Shown: positions 33,901 through 45,212, counted from the first letter of the whole stretch. The stretch: DNA of 62,950 bases, filler included, from Chrysochromulina tobinii (GCA_001275005.1; 5 parts of 5 records of this genome joined end to end with filler, not necessarily neighbours in it); one strand, 5' to 3'. Made by a program: numbers and translations. The notes: generated by a model from the letters alone, not told the origin.

Positions 33901-35525
33901 CCGCGCGGATGCGCCGCGCGGAGAGGATGGCGGCGGAGGAGGCGAAGGAGGAGGAGGCGGCGGCGGGGGGTGACGAGAAGGACGATGCACAGATGGCGGC
34001 AGCTGCCGAGGCGGAGGGTGAGGAGGGCACTGTGCCGCCTGCCGCGTCGGAGGATGACGGGCACATGGAGACCGACGAAGCTCCAGCTGAGACACCCTCG
34101 CGGCGTGAGGCCGAGGCACCCAAGCGATCGATGGCGGAGGAGCTGCAGCAACGGCCGCCCAAGAAGCGTCCCCTCCAGCGTCCAGAGGAGCCAACGGCCG
34201 GAACAGAGGACGCGCCCGATCCGCGAGCGGGCGGGAGCGCCGAGGGGCCGGAGAGCGGGGTGAGCTGGGCTGATGCCTCCCATACCGAGGGCCGCGAAGA
34301 GGGCGGCGAGGGCGGCGGCGGACTCATCGGCGCGATGCGCGCGCCGTACGCAGACGCCGCCCACGATGATGCGAACGAGGCGGGCGAGGGAGGCGTCGGT
34401 GTGAACGAAGACGAGGCAAACGAGGCCGCCGCCGCGGACCTCGAGCGAATGCAGCTGGAGCTCGAGGGGAGATTGGCCGAATGGCAGCTCAAAGGCGCCG
34501 AGAGCGGCGCAGCGGAGGACGCGTGGCGCGCTCTGGAGGGCCGTACCTCGTCACTCTCGCAAGAGCTCTGTGAACAGCTGCGCCTGATCCTCGAGGCGAC
34601 TGTGAAGTCGAAGCTCGAAGGCGACTACCGTACCGGTAAGCGCATCTCGATGAGGAAGGTCATCCCGTACATTGCCTCGGGCTTCCGCAAGGACAAGATC
34701 TGGTTGCGGCGCACCAAGCCGTCCAAGCGGCAGTACCAGATCTTGCTGTGCATCGACGACTCCGAATCGATGGCCGAGACGGGCGCGGGGGGGCTTGCAT
34801 GCGAGGCGCTCGCGCTCCTGACGCAGGCGTTGACGACCATTGAGGCCGGGCAGTTGGGCGTGCTCAAGTTTGCAGAGAGCGTCGAGTTGCTCCATCCGTT
34901 TGACCGGCCGTTCACAGCAGAGGCGGGCGCGCACATGCTCTCGCGCTTCAGCTTCCGCCAGAAGCACACTCACATGGAAGGCCTGCTAAAGAGCGTCGTG
35001 TCCACGCTCCGGGTCGCACGCGAGCAGCAGTCGGCCTCGTCCACGACAGAGCAGCTGCAGCTCGTCCTGATCGTCTCAGATGGACGGCGCTCGCCTGCAT
35101 GGGGCGACCCGTCGGCGTGGGTGCGCCTCGCCGCCCAGGAGCACATCCTCTTATGCTTCGTCGTCCTCGACTCGGCGGCCCAAAAGGACTCCATCCTCGA
35201 CCTCCAGCAGGTGAGTCTCGTCAATAGTCTCTGAGTGCCTCTGGTTGCCTCTGATTGCCTCTGATTGCCTCTGATGGAGCTCCCATGACCCTCGTGCAGG
35301 TGAGTCTCGTCAATTGCCTCTGATTGCCTCTGATTGCCTCTGATTGCCTCTGATGGAGCTCCCATGACCCTCGTGCAGGTAAGCTTCCCGAACGGTAAGC
35401 TCACGATGGGCCGTTGGATCGATCAGTTCCCCTTCCCCTTTTATCTGGTGGTGCGGGAGCTCAAGGCGCTGCCTCAGGTGCTCTCCGACGCTCTGCGCCA
35501 ATGGTTTGAGATGCTCAAGGAGTGA
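29952..35525 (+). CDS. MDN1: Midasin (Rea1) C-terminal part, 5' partial; frameshift near 31950; intron(s) 35211..35378
   Basis: LFAKGFC...GTGMGEGEGKKDVSEEL, long D/E-rich tail, LCEQLRLILEAT...GDYRTGKRISMRKVIPYIASGFRKDKIWLRRTKPSKRQYQI...DDSESM (MIDAS), terminal FPFPFY...LPQVLSDALRQWFE. Confidence 0.95.
35211..35378 (+). other. Tandem double intron J (two GT-AG units, 89+79 nt)
   Basis: Each unit is GTGAGTCTCGTCAAT-(CTGATTGCCT)n-CTGATGGAGCTCCCATGACCCTCGTGCAG; removing both joins LDLQQ to VSFPNGK. Confidence 0.9.
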
Positions 35526-35635
35526 TCAGTTCCCCCTTCCTCCCCTTTCATCTGGTGGTGCGGGAGCTCAATGCGCTGCCTTGGTGCCTCTCGCCGACGC
35601 TCTGCACCATTGGTTAGAGATGCTGGAGGAGTGTA
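35524..35635 (+). repeat. Degenerate tandem copy of the last ~105 nt of the MDN1 CDS
   Basis: GATCAGTTCCCC...CTGGTGGTGCGGGAGCTCAA...GAGATGCT..AGGAGTG repeats about 35421..35525 with indels. Confidence 0.85.
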
Positions 35636-36769
35636 GGCGGCTGAACCGCCATGCGGGCGATCTCGCATGCAGGAGACCTCGCGTTGATGTGACCGTACAC
35701 TACAGGCTGCGCGGGTAAGACGTAAGTTACTGTGCCCCCCTCCATTTCGGAATCCTGGGCGACAGGTCGACAGAAAGTGACGAGACACGTGAGCCTGGGT
35801 TTCGTCTAGGTTTCGTCTAGGTTTCGCCGGATTTTGCATGTTATGGTGCATGTGGAACACGACCTGGGTTTCGTCCGATGTTGCGTGTGGACAATTGACA
35901 ATAGGTGCTGGAAGTCGTAGCGGCCCTGCTCGGCATGTGAAGGCACTGTGGACATGTCTCATGTGCTGTGTTAAACACACCGACGCATCGGGGCTGGCTC
36001 GAACTCAACGGCCTAACGTGTGGCTAACGCGCACTACATGATTGTAGCGTTCACGCATGTCGTGCGACAACGTCGTCGAGCGTTCCCCGTGATAAGAAAA
36101 GTTTAGCTTTATGCCGATGCGCGATGGGGTGACGCACCGCCGGGCGACAACCGACATATGCTTTACCCCACCTCGCGCACACCAGGTCGGGTCACCTACT
36201 CCCTCGACCTACTCCCTCGCCTCGAGCGCACTTTCAACCCTCGCTGCCGTCTTCTTTGTGCTTCACACACTTAGGGATGTTTAGATAGAACAGCCCCGAG
36301 AGCTGGCCGAAGGCCGAGCTCTCGCTGCCAGCTGCATGGCCAGCTGCCACGCTGTCAGTGTGCTGTGTGGGCCACGGGACCGCCACAGAGGTCCAGGTCG
36401 TGAGACGTGACGACCGTGAGAGACCACACAGCACACCGAACGCACTGAAAGACGGCATATGTTCAACCGCGGTCCGCCCGCGGAACCGGGTAACCAGCAC
36501 GCCCACGCCTCCTCCAATCTCGTTCTCCGCATCAGCGTGCCCTCCCCCGCCGCGCAGTCCTGAGATCACGCCCCTCGCCAACTCACAAGAACACCTGCAC
36601 TTCAACACATACCCCACTTTCCCAGCAAGCAGCATTGGTCAGTTGTCTGCCTCAGCGTGATACCCAGCCGGCTCTCAGCTGTGCGCTTGCATCGATTCCG
36701 CAGTCTCTTGGACATGTCATGAGCTAGACATCAATCCCAACCGCCGCAACCGCCAAACGTGTCGGTAGC

Positions 36770-39748
36770 CTAGCCGCTAGCCGCGCCACCGCGGTCGTGG
36801 ATGAATCGGCAACGATCGCCGTAGCGGCACTGGCCATTGCGGGCGAAAAAGGTGCAAATCGTGCCGCCCTTTCCGGCACCCATCCAACGTGTCAGCAATT
36901 CCGCATGAAAAAGAAGTGAGAGTGGCTCCGATGCCACTTTCGGCTGGTGGTGAGCCACCGCCTGCGGAGGCATCGTCGGCGTCGACGCGACGCGTGTCAC
37001 TTCGTGGTAAGGCGCATCGCAACGCGTACTCCGGACCGTGCCGCCACCCTTGCCGCCAGCCCTGCCGCCCCCCCCGCCTTTTGCCTGATAAGGGTTGAAA
37101 TATGCCTCGAGCAGGACGCGAGCGCAGCGCTCGTGGCCCCTTTCGGAAGCGATCATTGAGGCGGCTTGTCCGGCGTAATTCATCTGATTTGGGTCCGCTT
37201 TTGACTCGAGCAGGACGCGAACGCAAGGCTCGTGACCATCTTGTGCAGCGATCATCAAGGCAGTCCAGCCGTCGGACCTTGCCTTGTTCGGGTTGGCCTT
37301 TGCCTCGAGCAGGACGCGAACGCAAGGGCGGCCACTTTCGGCAGCGAGGATCAAGGCAGTCGCGCCGTCGGACTTTGCCTTGTTTGGGTCCGCCTTCGCC
37401 TCGAGCAGGACGTGAGCGCAGGGCTCATAGCCATGTTGGGCAGCTGCCATCAAGGCGGTCCAGCCGTCGGACCTTGCCTTATTCGGGTCGGCCTGGGCCT
37501 CGAGCAGGACGCGAACGCAGCGCACGTGGCTATTTTGTGCAGCGATCATCAAGGCAGTCCAGCCGTCGGACCTTGCCTTATTCGGGTTGGCCTTTGCCTC
37601 GAGCAGGACGCGAACGCAAGGGTGGCCACTTTCGGCAGCGAGGATCAAGGCAGTCCTTCCGTCGGACGTCGCCTTGTTTGGGTCCGCCTTCGCCTCGAGC
37701 AGGACGTGAACACAAGGCTCGTGGCCTTTTTCGGCAGCTAAGATCAAGGCGGTCACGGCGGCGAAGTTCGGAGCGTTCACGACGGCGCCAGCCTCGAGCA
37801 GGTCGCGAACGCAAGGCTCTTGACCATGTTTGGCAGCGAGCATCAAGGCGGTCGTGCCGTCGGACCTTGCCTTATTCGGGTCGGCCTGGGCCTCGAGCAG
37901 AATGCGAACGAAAGGCTCGTGATCTCCGTAATGTCCGTAATTATCGGCAGCGATGATCAAGGCAGTCCTTCCGTCGGACGTTGCCTTGTTTGGGTCCGCC
38001 TTCGCCTTGAGCAGGACGTGAGCGCAGCGCTCTCTGCCAAGTTTGGCAGCGATCATCAAGGCGGTCCGGCCATCTGGCAGTTGAGTGTCGGGGCGGTCCG
38101 GCAGTTGAGTGTCCACGATGGCGCCAGCCTCGAGCAGGACATGAGCAATCTGCTCGTAGCCATGATGGGCAGCGATCATCAAGGCGGTCACGCCGCCTCG
38201 AGTCGTAAGGTGATGCGGCGTGTTTGCGCTGGTTGCCATATTTGGGTCCGCCTTTGCCTCGAGCAGGATGGGAAGCAAATCCTTGTGGCCTCTCTCCGCA
38301 GCCACCATCAGCAATGTATTTCCTTCTGGGTCGACCGCGTTCACGAGCTGTAGTGAGCGAGACTCCGAGTGCTTCAGAAGAGTCAAGAGCGCCTCCTGCC
38401 TGTGCTCTCTGACAGCATAGTCCAGAGCGCTCACCCCTCGAGCGTCCCGGCGGGCAACGTCCGCCCCGCGCTCGAGGAGTACCGCAACAACAGCAGCGTA
38501 CCCTCCATGCGATGCGGCCATCAAGCATGTCAAGCCGCGGTCGTTGGGTTGGTCGATGAGCTCTGGCGTTTCGTCGAGGAGCGCGCGAAGCTCGTCGATC
38601 TGCCCAAACATCGCAAACTGCACGTGCGGTACGACTCCGATCGCGCCTCCCACTGACGGCTGCACGCTTGGGAAGGGCCACAGCCCAATCTCGCTGTCCG
38701 CGAGGTTCCGCTCACAAAGGTTCAAGGCCTCCTCCCGCAAGGCCACCTTCCGATCGGGCGGGCGGCCCTGAAACGAGCGCTGAAACACTCTGTCGACCTT
38801 GTGCCATCGGAGCCGCCGATGCCATTGGTACACGTCGTGTTTCGACGGAAAGAACCCGCCATGCTCCTCGCGGCAGTGAGGATGCGCGTCGTGGCCGCAG
38901 GCCTGAAAGCAAAGCCAGCAGAACGCCACATGGCAGCTGCTGCACGTCATCGCGATGCAACCATCTGGATCCGGGTCGCAGAACACCCCGCAAGATGGGC
39001 AGCTGAGGTTCAGAGCCTCGTGGAGCTCTGGCTGTATCGATTCGGGTGTGCACTGCACTTCTCCCTCGCCCGGCGTCTCCGTCGTCTCTGGCGTCTCCGA
39101 CGTCTCCGGCGTCTCCATCGTCTCGAGGTAGAGCCGCAGCGCATCTCCAAAGAGGTGAGGCTCAACCATGCTGCGGCCAAAGGAGAATGGCTGCTGGTGG
39201 GCGCCGAGGCAGTCGAGGGCGCCATTCGAGCTGCGCAACTTTGCCGAGCCAGCGAGGCTGCAGATGTACCTTTGAAGGCATGCCGAGCAGATCAGGTGGC
39301 CCACAGGGCAGACGAGCCCGCGAAGCGTGTTGACCTCCTCGAGGCAGATGAGGCACAGTGCTCGCTTGGCGGCCGCTTCAGCAAAGGCCGACGCAGCAGT
39401 GATGAGCACGCGAAGGCGGGACCAGCGCTGCGTCGCAGGCGGCAGGTCTCCTGCATGCGCCGAGGAGGAGTCCAGCACGCTCATGCGCAGCACATCGGCG
39501 AGCTCGGAGGCCACCTCGTGCATCGTGAGCTCACACTTGGGTGCCAGCTCGAACAGCGCTACGCTCACAGAAGGCGGGACCAATGCTCCGGCACTGGCAC
39601 ATTGCGTTGGAAAAAGCGATCGAGCTTGCAAAAAGCGAACGCCAATCGCTTTTTCACCAAGGTTTGCAAATGCGAGCGCGACCCGGAGAAAGTAGTTCCA
39701 AATCCGGGGGCGTAACTCAGGTTCTTCGAGGAGTTGCTTGGTCGTCAC
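36770..39748 (-). CDS. RING/Rcat-like E3 ligase with ankyrin repeats and C-terminal CCCH zinc finger (first in-frame ATG 39523)
   Basis: CLICLEE...CPVGHLICSACL; CPSCG...DGCIAMTCSSCHVAFCWLC; more than 12 G.TALM.AA..GH..CV..LLEA.ADPN repeats; CTFFARNGQCRYGDRCRFIH. Confidence 0.85.
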   Translation of the reverse strand: MTTKQLLEEPELRPRIWNYFLRVALAFANLGEKAIGVRFLQARSLFPTQCASAGALVPPSVSVALFELAPKCELTMHEVASELADVLRMSVLDSSSAHAGDLPPATQRWSRLRVLITAASAFAEAAAKRALCLICLEEVNTLRGLVCPVGHLICSACLQRYICSLAGSAKLRSSNGALDCLGAHQQPFSFGRSMVEPHLFGDALRLYLETMETPETSETPETTETPGEGEVQCTPESIQPELHEALNLSCPSCGVFCDPDPDGCIAMTCSSCHVAFCWLCFQACGHDAHPHCREEHGGFFPSKHDVYQWHRRLRWHKVDRVFQRSFQGRPPDRKVALREEALNLCERNLADSEIGLWPFPSVQPSVGGAIGVVPHVQFAMFGQIDELRALLDETPELIDQPNDRGLTCLMAASHGGYAAVVAVLLERGADVARRDARGVSALDYAVREHRQEALLTLLKHSESRSLQLVNAVDPEGNTLLMVAAERGHKDLLPILLEAKADPNMATSANTPHHLTTRGGVTALMIAAHHGYEQIAHVLLEAGAIVDTQLPDRPDTQLPDGRTALMIAAKLGRERCAHVLLKAKADPNKATSDGRTALIIAADNYGHYGDHEPFVRILLEAQADPNKARSDGTTALMLAAKHGQEPCVRDLLEAGAVVNAPNFAAVTALILAAEKGHEPCVHVLLEAKADPNKATSDGRTALILAAESGHPCVRVLLEAKANPNKARSDGWTALMIAAQNSHVRCVRVLLEAQADPNKARSDGWTALMAAAQHGYEPCAHVLLEAKADPNKAKSDGATALILAAESGRPCVRVLLEAKANPNKARSDGWTALMIAAQDGHEPCVRVLLESKADPNQMNYAGQAASMIASERGHERCARVLLEAYFNPYQAKGGGGGRAGGKGGGTVRSTRCDAPYHEVTRVASTPTMPPQAVAHHQPKVASEPLSLLFHAELLTRWMGAGKGGTICTFFARNGQCRYGDRCRFIHDRGGAASG

Positions 39749-39791
39749 AATCGGTCTTCACACTTGACATGCACACTTTTTTCTGATCGCA

Positions 39792-41411
39792 ATGGGAAAG
39801 AAACGCGATCGAGACGCTGCGGGCGCGACGGCCTTGGCCCTATTGCCCGCAGCCACCAGCAGTAGCGGCACGGCCTTGACACTGGTACCAGCCGCCGCCA
39901 GCGGCAGCGGCACAACTTTGGTCCTGCCACCCGCCGCCACCAACACATCTGCCTGCACACCCACGCTCGCCGACTACCGAAAGGCGAAGCGCGTGCGCTT
40001 TGCCAACCGCGCGGCGCTCGTGCAGGTGGTCGGCGAGGACGCACCTCCGGCATTCGCCACAGGCAAGTGGAGCCGTGCAGAGAAGCAGGTGTGCGAGGCG
40101 AAGCTGCACGAGGCCCTCGAGGACCTCGGGCTGGCCATCGACTCGGCCGAGTTTCTGGAAGGCCTCGAGATGCGCGCGCCCCTCACGCGCGGCGCCGACG
40201 AGGCGCCCTCATTGCTCAACACGGGCCGCCGCGCCGGACGTGGGCCGCTCAAGAAGAACTTTTGGGTGGGGCTCGCTGCGACCGTGAACGAGTCGCTCAC
40301 CGCGGCTGGCCGACCGCCGCGCAAGTGGAAAGCTATCTACGATTGGGTGCATATGCGCTACCTGGGCGCCAAGGGCGGGCAGGGCGGCGCGTGGAGCGAG
40401 GAGGATGTGCAGCGGCTCCTCGCGATGCGCGCGCGTGGCAGCCGGTGGCGCGACATTGCCGAGGAGCTCGGCCGTTACGTGCAAGACATCCGATGCAAGT
40501 GGCGTGCCGCGACCGTCATCAGTCGACGCGGCAAGTGGGATGCGCAAGAGATTGGGCGCCTCGAGAAGCTCGTGCGGAGGGCGGTCAAGGTGCGGGCCAA
40601 GAACCTCGGCCTGATTGCGTCTGATTGCGTCTGATTGCGTCTGATTGCGCCTGATTGCGTCTGATTGCCCCCTACTCATCAGGTGCGGGCCAAGGACCTC
40701 GGCCTGAATGTCAAGGCCGCCGTGCGTGCCTGTGCCGCCGGCGCCAACGTGGGCGGTGCTAATGCGGCCGGGGGCACCTACCGGTACAACTGTGGCGGCT
40801 CGCCGGTGTCGGCGGGCTCACACACGCTCGTCACGACGGCAGCAGGCGCATTGACGGTAGCCGCCGCGCCCGCGCCCACGTCCGCACCCGCATTGTCGGC
40901 GGAGGAGGTCTCAGCGCTGCAGGCGTCGTTGCCGTGGACCGCGATCGCTGAACAGCTAGGGGGTCGCTCGTACAAGCAATGCCGCCAAAAATGGAAGGCG
41001 CTCCTCGGCAGTCGCAGTGCGGCGGCGGCGGCGGCGGGAGCCGGCGGCGGAAGAGGCGGCCACGCTCACACGTGGCTGATTCGCACCGATGGCCCTTCGC
41101 TCGCCGCCTCCCGAGCGGCTGGGGCGGCCTCGGCGGCCTTCTCGCCCGCGGCGCGCCTTGAAGAGGACTTGGAGTTGGTGCGTGCCATCCACGCGACAGG
41201 AGCTGAGGACGACTCCGAAGTGTCGTGGAACTCGCTGCTCCCGCACCTCGATAGCACCGAGGCTCGTCGCCGGCTGCTCGTGCTCGCGCGCCGTATTGGT
41301 TTCGATGGCGACGCGTTGGGCGAGGGGCAGCTGGGCGAAGTGGTCGACCGGTTGCTGCCACTGCTCGAGGCGACGAGAGCGCGGCTCGTGCTCGGTGGCG
41401 GCGCCGGGTAG
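39792..41411 (+). CDS. Myb/SANT-repeat protein (TTF1/DMTF1/Reb1-like); join(39792..40589,40683..41411)
   Basis: GKWSRAE, GAWSEEDVQRL...RWRDIAEELGR...DIRCKW, RGKWDAQE...LPWTAIAEQLGGRSYKQCRQKW, EDDSEVSW. Confidence 0.85.
40590..40682 (+). other. Duplication+repeat intron K (GT-AG, 93 nt)
   Basis: First 25 nt match the next exon at 24/25 (GTGCGGGCCAAG(A/G)ACCTCGGCCTGA); 6 CTGATTGCGT-type units; ends CTCATCAG. Confidence 0.9.
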
Positions 41412-41577
41412 GAGGTACCGGTAGAGATTGTCTTCGAAGTTCTGAACTTGAACACACTAAACATTTCAGAACTTGAACTGAACTGTGAACACCTCGCAGG
41501 GTTCCGCCATGCAGTTTCGAGTTGTCGCTCCCGTCCGCGTCGACTGCGTCAACCAACACGAGCGCCGCGGGTTCGTA

Positions 41578-43235
41578 TGTCGAGTGCGCGAATGCTGACC
41601 GCTGCCGGTCCATGGAGTAGTGGCCCTCGGGATTGGAACCCGATGTCATTCCCAGCCCCCGTTGCCGCCGTCGCCGTGTCATCACGTTTGGTAACAGCCG
41701 CGCAGCCAGCGGCGGCGCTTCCCAACGGCAGTGCCTCCGCCGATGAAATCACAAGCCTCGTGGCCCGCGGCCTGAGCGCGGCGACGGTGCTGACCGAGAT
41801 CACCACGTCCTCGGTCGCGGGTGTGAAGGCTTTTCAGAAGTCGGTCGCCGAGGCGGTACGAACCGCACCGCCCGGTGTCGCGCCCCCAAGCATGCTTGGG
41901 CGCATCACCTTGCAGCTCGACGAGCAGCTCGGTTCGCTCGAGACCGAGGCAGCGGCGGTCATGCGGGCGCCGAGGCACAAGCGCAAGGTGTATGGCGGCG
42001 CGCACGCTGTCGAGCGCGGCCCCTTGCGCCCGCCGCCGCCGGCCACGCCGCCCAAGGTGTATCACGTCCACGTGCCATCGGCGCGCCGCCTCGCCGCCAT
42101 CGCGACGTTTCCTATGAGCTCACCTCGGACCATGCTGAGGGCAGAGAGCGAGAAGGCCTTCACGGGCGGCATGGCACGCGGCGCGCCGAGCCGTGGCGCC
42201 GGCTCGGGGGCGAGCGGCGGCAGTGGCACCTCGCCGCCCCGGCGTGCCCTCATTGGCACGGCGCCTCTGGACTTGACAAGCGACGTGGGTCCGCGCCTGC
42301 GGGCGATCTCAGCGTCCATCCCAGCGTCGGCGAGTGCCGAGCAGCTGCGGCCGCCGGCTTCTTTGGACGGGCTCACGCCCGGGCAGCGCTACCTTGGCGC
42401 CTTGGCGCAGGATCGGCTTGCGCCCGTCCGGAGCACACACGAGCGGTTCGGACGGGCAATGTACGTGCCGGTGATGCCGCCGCCGCCGGAGGCTCGAGTA
42501 AGGCGCGAGAGCTCGCGTGCCCTCGAGCGTCAACGGCAGATGGAGCGGCTGCGACGGCGCATGTTCTCGCAGGCGCAATCCTGGCTGATGGCAGATGAGG
42601 ACGAGGGCGGTTACGTCGAGCTAAACGAGGAGGCACGGCAGGCAGCCGCCACAGCGCTCGCCACGGCGCTCTCTCCGCACTCCTCGCAGCGCTCGCCCCG
42701 GCATGCGGGTCTCCGGCTCAGCGGCAAGCGGCGAAGCTCAGGCGCTGTCGCGGGCGTCGGTGGAACTGCTGCGCTGTCGTCGCAGCAGTCGGACGAGCAC
42801 GGAGTGGTCTCAGCGCCTCCGGGCACCCCAAGGCGGCACCTCGACGCCCAACACGGCGTCCTGCGCGGCTCCTGCACGGGGGAGCAGACGGCTTCGGAGC
42901 TGAGAGCATCTCTGCACTCTTCACACTCAGAGCCGCTGCTTCACGCGCCGACCATCCGCGCGACGGCGCACGGCGGGCGCTTCGGGCACAGCCACCCTCG
43001 CGCTGCCGCCGCCACCGCCACCACCGCGCTCACCACAGCGCGGGCGCACGAGCGTTCGATGAGCGGCGCTCACCCCAGCGCGCACCACCTTGGCGACGAA
43101 GGCAATCCGCTTGCCGGTGCTGCCCCTCGAGCGGCGATGGCGCGACCCGCGCTCCTGGCCGCCGAGCCTTGGGGGGACAACGGGCGGCCGAGCCTGCCAG
43201 CTACCCCTCTCGAGTACCGGCTCCGCCCCGCTTAA
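41578..43235 (+). CDS. Hypothetical low-complexity protein
   Basis: Long uninterrupted ORF (MSSARMLT...); no recognisable domain. Confidence 0.5.
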
Positions 43236-43670
43236 ACTCTTGTATACGCTCGACACCTGGTCACTACACACCGGCAGCCGCACTCAAAACGTCGTTACGC
43301 CGCGACGGCACAGTGGTCAGTGCGGTCTCCGGACTCCGCGTCGCGTAGTACCGACCGTCACTGATTCAACGGTGGATAGTAACTCAGCACGAACCAATCG
43401 AGGAATACGTGTATACGACTTACCCATGATCTGGCCCTTAACCCTAGACGGCTTACATCTTTTTTACTTACGTTCGGGAGCTCTTACCGATGACCGAACC
43501 ACGCGATCCGATATTTAGTCATTTTTCTCAGAGATGCCGCGCATTCTTGTCCGCGATGCAACCCGACCCGACCCGACCCGGGCCGGGCCGGCCGGAGGCC
43601 GCTCGCAGGGCGCGGGGCCAGTCGCCCGGGATCTCAGGTTGGCCACTGTCGCGTCGTGGGTACCACCTCT

Positions 43671-45122
43671 TTATTGGACCGCGCACGTGCAGCCGTTCTC
43701 CGTAACCTCCACCTTCATCAGAGGATTGCCCTTCGGCCCCACCCAGCAGCCGCACCCAACGGCCTCCGCCAACATCTTCGCCGCGCGATCCTCCTTCGCC
43801 TTCACGAGCATCTCGATTGCCTTGATGCCCATCAAGTCGGTCAGCTCGCACGCGTCGAAGTAGTCCGCGTCGGGCACGTCGGCGAGCGTCTTCTCGCCGC
43901 CGCACACGGCCTGGAACTTGGAGATGCCGACGCACGAGCAGTTGAACTCGCCCACGGTGTACTCGGTCTCGGCGTCGGGGCAGCTGCGGTCGTACGGGCC
44001 CTTTGGCCAGTTGTCGGGGTTTTTGGGGATGTAGTCGCAGGTCCACAGGAGCGGCAGCGGCTCGCCCTCGAGACCGAGCGATGGAAGGAGTTTTGGGATG
44101 TCCGCGTAGAGCTTCTGCACGAGCCCCTGGTACTTGGCGTCGGTGGGGCGGTAGTAGGTGTACTCCGAGTTGCCGCCGACGGCCGAGAGGCCGCCGCCCA
44201 TCGGCTTCTTGTGGATGGCCATCTGGCACGTGTCGCCCGCCATCAGGATGCGCACCTCGCCCTCGTCGATGCGCGGGAGCAGGCGCTGGTCGACGAGCTG
44301 GCCGTGCGCCGCCTTGCCACCTTTGAGGTACTCGCCCGGGAAAGTCGACTTCCACGCGCCCACGCCTCGGGCATTCGGACCCTCGACGCAGAAGATCATG
44401 AACTCCTTGACCGTGTGGTACTCTACGTGGTTGTCGTTCATCTCCATCAGCTTGAGGTAGTCGTTGTCGCCCAGCACCTTCTCGCCAAAATAAGTCGCCG
44501 GGTAGCGCTCGACCTTTTTGTCGGAGCTCTTGTCCCACAGCCAGCAGAGCCAGATGCCCTCGCCGGCCGAGCCGCGGTTCTGCTTGAGCACGCGCGGCTG
44601 GAAGGCGCACGTCTTCTTGAAGCCGACGATGAGCTCCTCCTCGGTGTAGTACGCGTACGTGTCCTCGAGGCCACAGTTGAGCTTGCTGATGTGAACGAGC
44701 GCGTCCTTGGCGCCCATCTGCGTCTGGATCTTGGGCGATGACCAGATGAGCTTGCCCCTCGAAATGTAATAGTTCATCAATGCGTCGAAGGCCGCCTGGG
44801 TGCCCACCGGGGTGCCCTGCGAGAGCTGGCCCGGGTTGATGCGCACGATGAGCGCATCGTAATTGCACGCCACAAAGTCAAAGGCGGCGACGCACGCATC
44901 CGCATCGCCGATGCTACTATCGAACTTGAGCAGATCGCACGCACCACCGGCGTGGATCACGCCGTTGGCGATCGGGATCGAGTCCACTCGGTTGCCATCG
45001 GGGCCCTTGTCCGAGCCGCCGTTCTTGGCGTCCGGGACGGTGAACTGCACGACGGCCAGCCTGAACGGGGCATCAACCGGTGATGGCAGCAGAGTGTTGG
45101 AGCGTCGGTATTTTTTGGACAT
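43671..45122 (-). CDS. Cj0069-like ATP-grasp family protein, intronless
   Basis: GGSDKGPDGNRVDSIPIAN, IVRINPG, MGAKDAL, DTYAYY, RVLKQNRGSAGEGIW, DQRLLPRIDEGEVR, LWTCDYI, GEFNCSCVG: motifs recalled from the bacterial Cj0069 family. Confidence 0.8.
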   Translation of the reverse strand: MSKKYRRSNTLLPSPVDAPFRLAVVQFTVPDAKNGGSDKGPDGNRVDSIPIANGVIHAGGACDLLKFDSSIGDADACVAAFDFVACNYDALIVRINPGQLSQGTPVGTQAAFDALMNYYISRGKLIWSSPKIQTQMGAKDALVHISKLNCGLEDTYAYYTEEELIVGFKKTCAFQPRVLKQNRGSAGEGIWLCWLWDKSSDKKVERYPATYFGEKVLGDNDYLKLMEMNDNHVEYHTVKEFMIFCVEGPNARGVGAWKSTFPGEYLKGGKAAHGQLVDQRLLPRIDEGEVRILMAGDTCQMAIHKKPMGGGLSAVGGNSEYTYYRPTDAKYQGLVQKLYADIPKLLPSLGLEGEPLPLLWTCDYIPKNPDNWPKGPYDRSCPDAETEYTVGEFNCSCVGISKFQAVCGGEKTLADVPDADYFDACELTDLMGIKAIEMLVKAKEDRAAKMLAEAVGCGCWVGPKGNPLMKVEVTENGCTCAVQ

Positions 45123-45212
45123 GGCCCGACTGAGGTGCCGCGGCAAAAAGGTCTCGCGAATTTGGATCCGTGCGTTGGATCTTTGCGGAATTCCCTTTGG
45201 ATATTCACAGTG

